Shown piece by piece: positions 59,138 through 64,000 of a stretch of DNA of 64,000 nt. Location: the NCBI GenBank assembly GCA_026026165.1, contig JAPEUD010000022.1, positions 62,001 to 126,000 of the forward strand, given 5' to 3'. The DNA is from Sarea resinae (Eukaryota). The notes under the pieces are model-generated. The model was not told where the DNA came from, ran no database searches, and worked only from the letters and a program-made list of their open reading frames with translations. The number at the start of each line of letters is the position of its first letter. The stretch's first letter is position 1. The translations under genes were made by a program, and so were the position numbers.

Positions 59138-61198
59138 TTAGACGGACGTGATTCTCCCACCCACACGCCCCCTTGGTCTCAGATTAATGACCGTCTCCAA
59201 TTCCCGGAGCATATGTGTATTGGCCTCTGCCTTTTCTCGGACCGAGGACTGCCGAACGCGATCTTCTTTCATCTTCGCGATCCGCTGTTCTCGTGTCAAG
59301 CTGCTTCTCTGCCTCTGCCTTGGCATAGCGATTGCTTCGAAGACCTCTTCGTCGGACTCACTTGCCTCGATACTCGAACGGCCAGAACGAGGCTTATCCT
59401 CGCCATTGAGCGCTCTTAATGCGTCTGAAGGACTTCCTTCTACAGCAGTGACGCCGCCAAGGCTTGGTGTGGAAGATCGGTGGCCACTCGAGTTCATCGA
59501 GATACTCGAGACCCTTCTCTCGTTTTTGTCGATGTTCAGGGCCAGAGCGGCCTTACCATTTTCCCATTCGACCATAAGAGCTCGAAGGTCAGCACCGATG
59601 GAGTCGTATTGCGACATCAGATTAGATCCAAGTTCAGTCACGTCCTCCGACTCATCCAGTGTGCGGTCTGACTCTTCACGAAGGACGTGCATTTTCGCTT
59701 GGAGACCTCTGATACCTTGAGATAATGAACTCAGTTTCCGGAGTTGGGCCCTAACGCGCTCCTTTCCAGGTGTCAATGGGCCTTTAGGTGTGGGCGGTAT
59801 GGTGAAATCTGTCGCATTCTTAGCAATTGGTCTTCTTGGAAACGGAATCATCACTTACGATCCTCTTCGTTCAGAATCCGTCTGAGCTTCTCTGTCGACT
59901 GTTCCGTAACTATCGAAAGATGTCCCATTTCATCAATGGCTGCTCCCCATCGGGCAAAGTCCGGCCTGCCACCATCCGCCTCGAGGGCGAGAAGACAGCA
60001 GAGAAATATTTTCCGAAGGCATTGAGATCGTAACAGAAGAATCTTCAGAGCCTTCAAGGATTCCATATCTTCGAATTCCTCTTCCTTATAACCAATCTCA
60101 ACCTCCTGAAAATCAGGGGTACTGATATCGTAAATGTCGAAATACTTTTCCAGGTCCATTGCTTCAGCAAGCGGCTTCAAACAATCACAGGCCTGGCTGT
60201 AGGCAGGGATCATCGTCGCGAGACATGATCGCAAGAGTTTCCGCAATCGGGAACATCTTCTCGTCTGGGTCTTCTCCTCGAGACGGGTGATCGGAGGTAA
60301 AGGAGCGCTGCTAGAGAGGAATTAGTCTGAGCTTATTGAGTGAACGGATGAAGCTCACATTCTGTAACCTCGAGACACGAGCTCGACCTCCTGGATTAGA
60401 GTGATGGCAGTGGTTGTCGCCGACTCGAAACCTTGAGCATCGGCTACAAACACCGAGGCAGAATTCACTGCTTGTTGCCGCAGATACTGAAGCCATTTTC
60501 TTCTCGCATATATATACACAAAGGAAGCCAGAACACCAAAGAGAGCGACGACGAGAGACGTTCTTCCTTTGCTCCAATGAGTCTGGCGACCCCCACGAGC
60601 CCAGTGTAGCAGCCAGACAAACGAGAACGCCCCAATAGCTGTGACGACGGCGCCCGAGAGGCTTAGAGGGACCAGGTGAGGCGCAAATGAAGTCGTCGAA
60701 TCCCGTACGGGCCGGGTTTCGGCTGTCGAATCGTAATACGGAGGGTTTACCTGCTCGTTCAAGAGCTGTGAGGCGACGATGATATATCGAAACTGTTCGA
60801 GGAATCGTGCATTCTCATCTCGACTTAGAGTAGAGTTGACCGCTCGCTTTGACAGAACCAAATAAGCGTCTCGTAAGTCAATCCACCAGATGAGACTCAC
60901 CGAGCAAGCGCTGTAGATGTTCGCTATCGTCCCTTGCTTCGGTAGCTCAAGATGAAGTGGTCGAGGAAGTTTTTTTCGAAATTTCGAAGATACTGTTGCG
61001 GGGCCACGTGGTGCGAATGACTGCAATCGAGGTGATGGTGGTTCTTTATCGGGGATTGAAGCCCACTGGTCCGGAGCTTCACCTTCTCCTGTTGACGATT
61101 TGCTTAGCCCAGGAAATTTATCATCGTCAAGCATTCTCGATCGGCTAACCTTCGAGGTATTGTGCCAACGGTGAGTCCTTAAAGACGATCGACTCCAT
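59138..61198 (-). CDS. vezA: Vezatin-domain (myosin-binding) protein, multi-exon
   Basis: MESIVFKDSPLAQYLEG, FLEQFRYIIVASQLL, two TM segments, LIQEVELVSRGYR, LCCLLALEADG and MLRELETVI. Confidence 0.82.
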
Positions 61199-62812
61199 AG
61201 CTGTTAAGATGGGAGCAAACGCATGGCGGATGGGAGGATGTTTGCCCAGCGGACGTTGGTACGCGATGTTCCCGTGAGGGTGATTGTGTTGCACGAACCG
61301 CGATCCCAAGCCGAATTCTGGCCGTATGAGGTCTCGAGAGATCACTATGTAAGTCGGTAGATAGGCAGGTAGGGATTGTTGGGACTGAGATGAAGATGTT
61401 GACGTTGTCTGAGCTCACTCACTCACTTGCTCAGAGCACTCGCTCGCTCACTACTCACTCGCCTTCAACTTTTGGCGCTTATGGGAGGGATCAGGGGACT
61501 CGCGTCGTTTGGTCTGTCTCGTCTCATCTGCGCGGCCTCGGTCCTCTACCTCCAGGTTGTCTCGAGCTCGCCTACGACTACTCGGAGTACTAGGAGGTAA
61601 TACCCTTGGTCCGGCATTATTTGCAGTCTGCAGTCTGCAGTCTGCAGTCAGTGCCCTTCTGCCCTTACCTTTGAGACCCTACTCCATGCTAACGAGGGAA
61701 GGGTTTCTTCGCGTGTCGATCAGACGCATATGGTGCAGCTCCACACTGTTTGATGCTCCAGCCCGGAGAGCGTGTCATTCAATGTCGGTAAAATACAGTA
61801 AAAAGATGATAGAGGAGAGACTGAATCATCGCCGACGGACTCTTGCCCCTCGAGGACTGGAACTGCAGAGCTGCAGAACTGCAGAGCTGCAGAGCTCCAG
61901 GGCTGCATATCGTATGGATCAACGGGAGAGGTGGCAGTACCCCGACACAGTCGCACGAGGAGCAAGAATGATCATTGACTGATCTCACGATCTCGAGTGT
62001 GTTTACTCGCCTTGACGTGCATCATCCGTGCGTGCACGCCAGATGCAATCATCATCAAGAGGGATTGCGGGGCAACCAACGAGCAGATGACTGACAGCCA
62101 TCGTGTACAGCAGGCTCGTCGGATCATCGTCAGAGCACCGCCTGAGATGGGGCAACCGTATCCGGAAGGTACTCTACCCTACTACGTAGTAGAACATGGA
62201 ACACGGCAGAGAGAAGAGAAGCTGAAAAGGGCCGCGATCAACGGAAGCAGGGAAAATAACGCCACAGATACAGATACATACGCCGTAGAGGCCGTAGAGG
62301 CCTGGCAAGTGGTCGGCACCGTGGTTGGTCAGTGGCACCGCTCCTTCGGTCGTCGGCCAGTCGTCGGATTCGAATCGGTCGGGCACCCGAGGCCAATGTT
62401 GGTGAAATCGCGAAGTCGGGAAGACGGGAAGACGGGATGACGAGAACCGGCCGACTGCAGGCTGGCTGGCCTTGCAGACGGGATGGGAAGAGGCCAGGGC
62501 AGTCGGATCAATCGAGCAATGATATCTTCGTAGATGCTTGCCATGCATCAATTTACAGAGGCAAGAAGTCAGTCAGAATAAGCATACGGAGTATACGTAG
62601 TAGGCAATTCAACTCCAATTCGGCGGCCTCTCTCTGTCTGTCGGATCGTTGACCCCGACATATTCCATTCATTGCCGCTCGATCGACACGCCCATTGCGG
62701 CATGAAGCGAAGATCCTTTCTGCGCCCAAATGCTGACCACCACGACCTAAGGTAAGCCACAGGACCCGTCGCGACCTCCTAACGGCGTGACAGCAGTGAC
62801 CCGAGCACCAAG

Positions 62813-63167
62813 TCACTCCCAGTACTCCCAGTACTCCCAGTACTCCCAGTGTCTCTTGATCCAAGCATCCACAGCATCAAGTACGGTGAGGTCGGGTATT
62901 CACAGGTAATTATCCCTCATCGGTGCAGATCTACTTCATACTCCGGAGTATCGTACTAATGGATGCTGATGGCAATGACTGTCGTCGGCGGACAGCGATG
63001 GGATGGGAATGGCATCGGGTTTTACTACTTCCACTGTCGTGTTTATGTTTGATGGAAGGGTCGGGCGTGGCATGCTTTCGCGACCTTAGATGCCATGACT
63101 GTCGAATCAAATCGGTCATCTGACAGATCTAGGGAAGGCCACTGAAGGCCACTGAAGGCCACTGAAG
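62813..63167 (+). repeat. Short tandem repeats in the terminal intergenic region
   Basis: (AGTACTCCC)x3 at about 62821-62850 and (GAAGGCCACT)x3 at about 63133-63167. Confidence 0.7.
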
Positions 63168-64000
63168 GTCTTCGAGGGTCGGTGAAGGCGGTGGTGATAG
63201 TAATGGTGACGGGATGGTGATGGAGGTGAGGGTGATCGTCGACGTCGTCTGTACCTCGAGACCAAGTACTCCGCACTCCGTATTTGTTAGGTCGTTCTGA
63301 TCAGGCTCACACGTGAGTCAATCGCCGAGTCGATGGACAAGTCCGCTCGGCACTGCCACCCGATCGCCCGTAAAGCCGCTGACCTTTTCGACCTCGTTGC
63401 TTCCAGACGTTTTCTAGCTTTGAGTCCTCCCCCTTCTACTACTGCGACGACTCTCTCGGTCCCTGATTTCCCCAGCGACCCAGTCGGCTCTTCTAAGCTC
63501 CCGAGCCCTCTCGGACTTTCTCTCGCCTGGGACTAACCCCTTGGAGGCTTGGGCCCTCGCCTACGCCGCCGTTTCCTGGTTCATGCCATGGTCCCCGAAC
63601 CACTCACTAATCCTGTGGCGGTGGCATGATCGGTCCCTCGAGACCTATCTGGAAAACTCTAGATGGGACTGGAGAATTGGCCATCGCCATGACTGACGTT
63701 TCGTGACCTATGTTAGGTCCTCGTGGCCTCGCCTTGTATCTTCTCCCGCCAGCATATAAGCTAGCCTCCGGTATCTCTTTTTAATTCATGTAAGCTTAAA
63801 GTGTGACCGTGCCTACTGAATGAATACCAGCTTGTCGGTATGATCGGGCATAAGGTACGTCTCCTTTATGTATCTCATCGTTGTATTGCTTCGTGGTTGA
63901 TCGATCCTGCAGGTGATTGATTGTTTCTTATGACCGGTTGCTTGGCATATGTCATTGCATATGTTGGTTTCCTGCTGGCGAGACGGCCAGATCGAGCCCA

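Noticed and set aside
61200..64000. Short ORFs and spaced repeats in the last 2.8 kb as a gene or CRISPR-like array
   Set aside because: The ORFs have no recognisable motifs and the repeats are simple tandem units without spacers. This is probably promoter or 5' UTR DNA.

Overview
This is intron-rich genomic DNA from a filamentous ascomycete (Pezizomycotina), in three parts. (1) 0.2-15.3 kb is a putative aromatic-catabolism or detoxification cluster: a VOC-family ring-cleavage dioxygenase, an MhpA-like FAD monooxygenase, a cytochrome P450, a DHA1 MFS transporter and a Zn2Cys6 regulator, interrupted by grg-1/ccg-1 and a 5S rRNA gene. The regulator's first intron has AT where the GT donor should be. 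(2) 15.6-24 kb is a decaying accessory island with a start-less APH-kinase ORF, a transition-riddled (RIP-like) Upf1-type SF1 helicase pseudogene and an abutting trypsin-like serine protease pseudogene. (3) 24-61 kb is housekeeping genes: S1/P1 nuclease, FAN1, SDC1, RPS13, a GprM-like 7TM receptor, a peroxisomal APH-like protein, LCL3, ARPC2, DIP2, EMC6, SF3B1, a second 5S gene, dUTPase, pyridoxal kinase, PCNA and vezatin. Signals not visible in the ORF track include an snR48-type box C/D snoRNA beside RPS13, a PCNA start codon created by splicing (A|TG), compensatory changes between the two 5S genes, and clustered CRE, CGG and MCB promoter motifs. Gene identities come from recognising motifs by eye; no database search was run.
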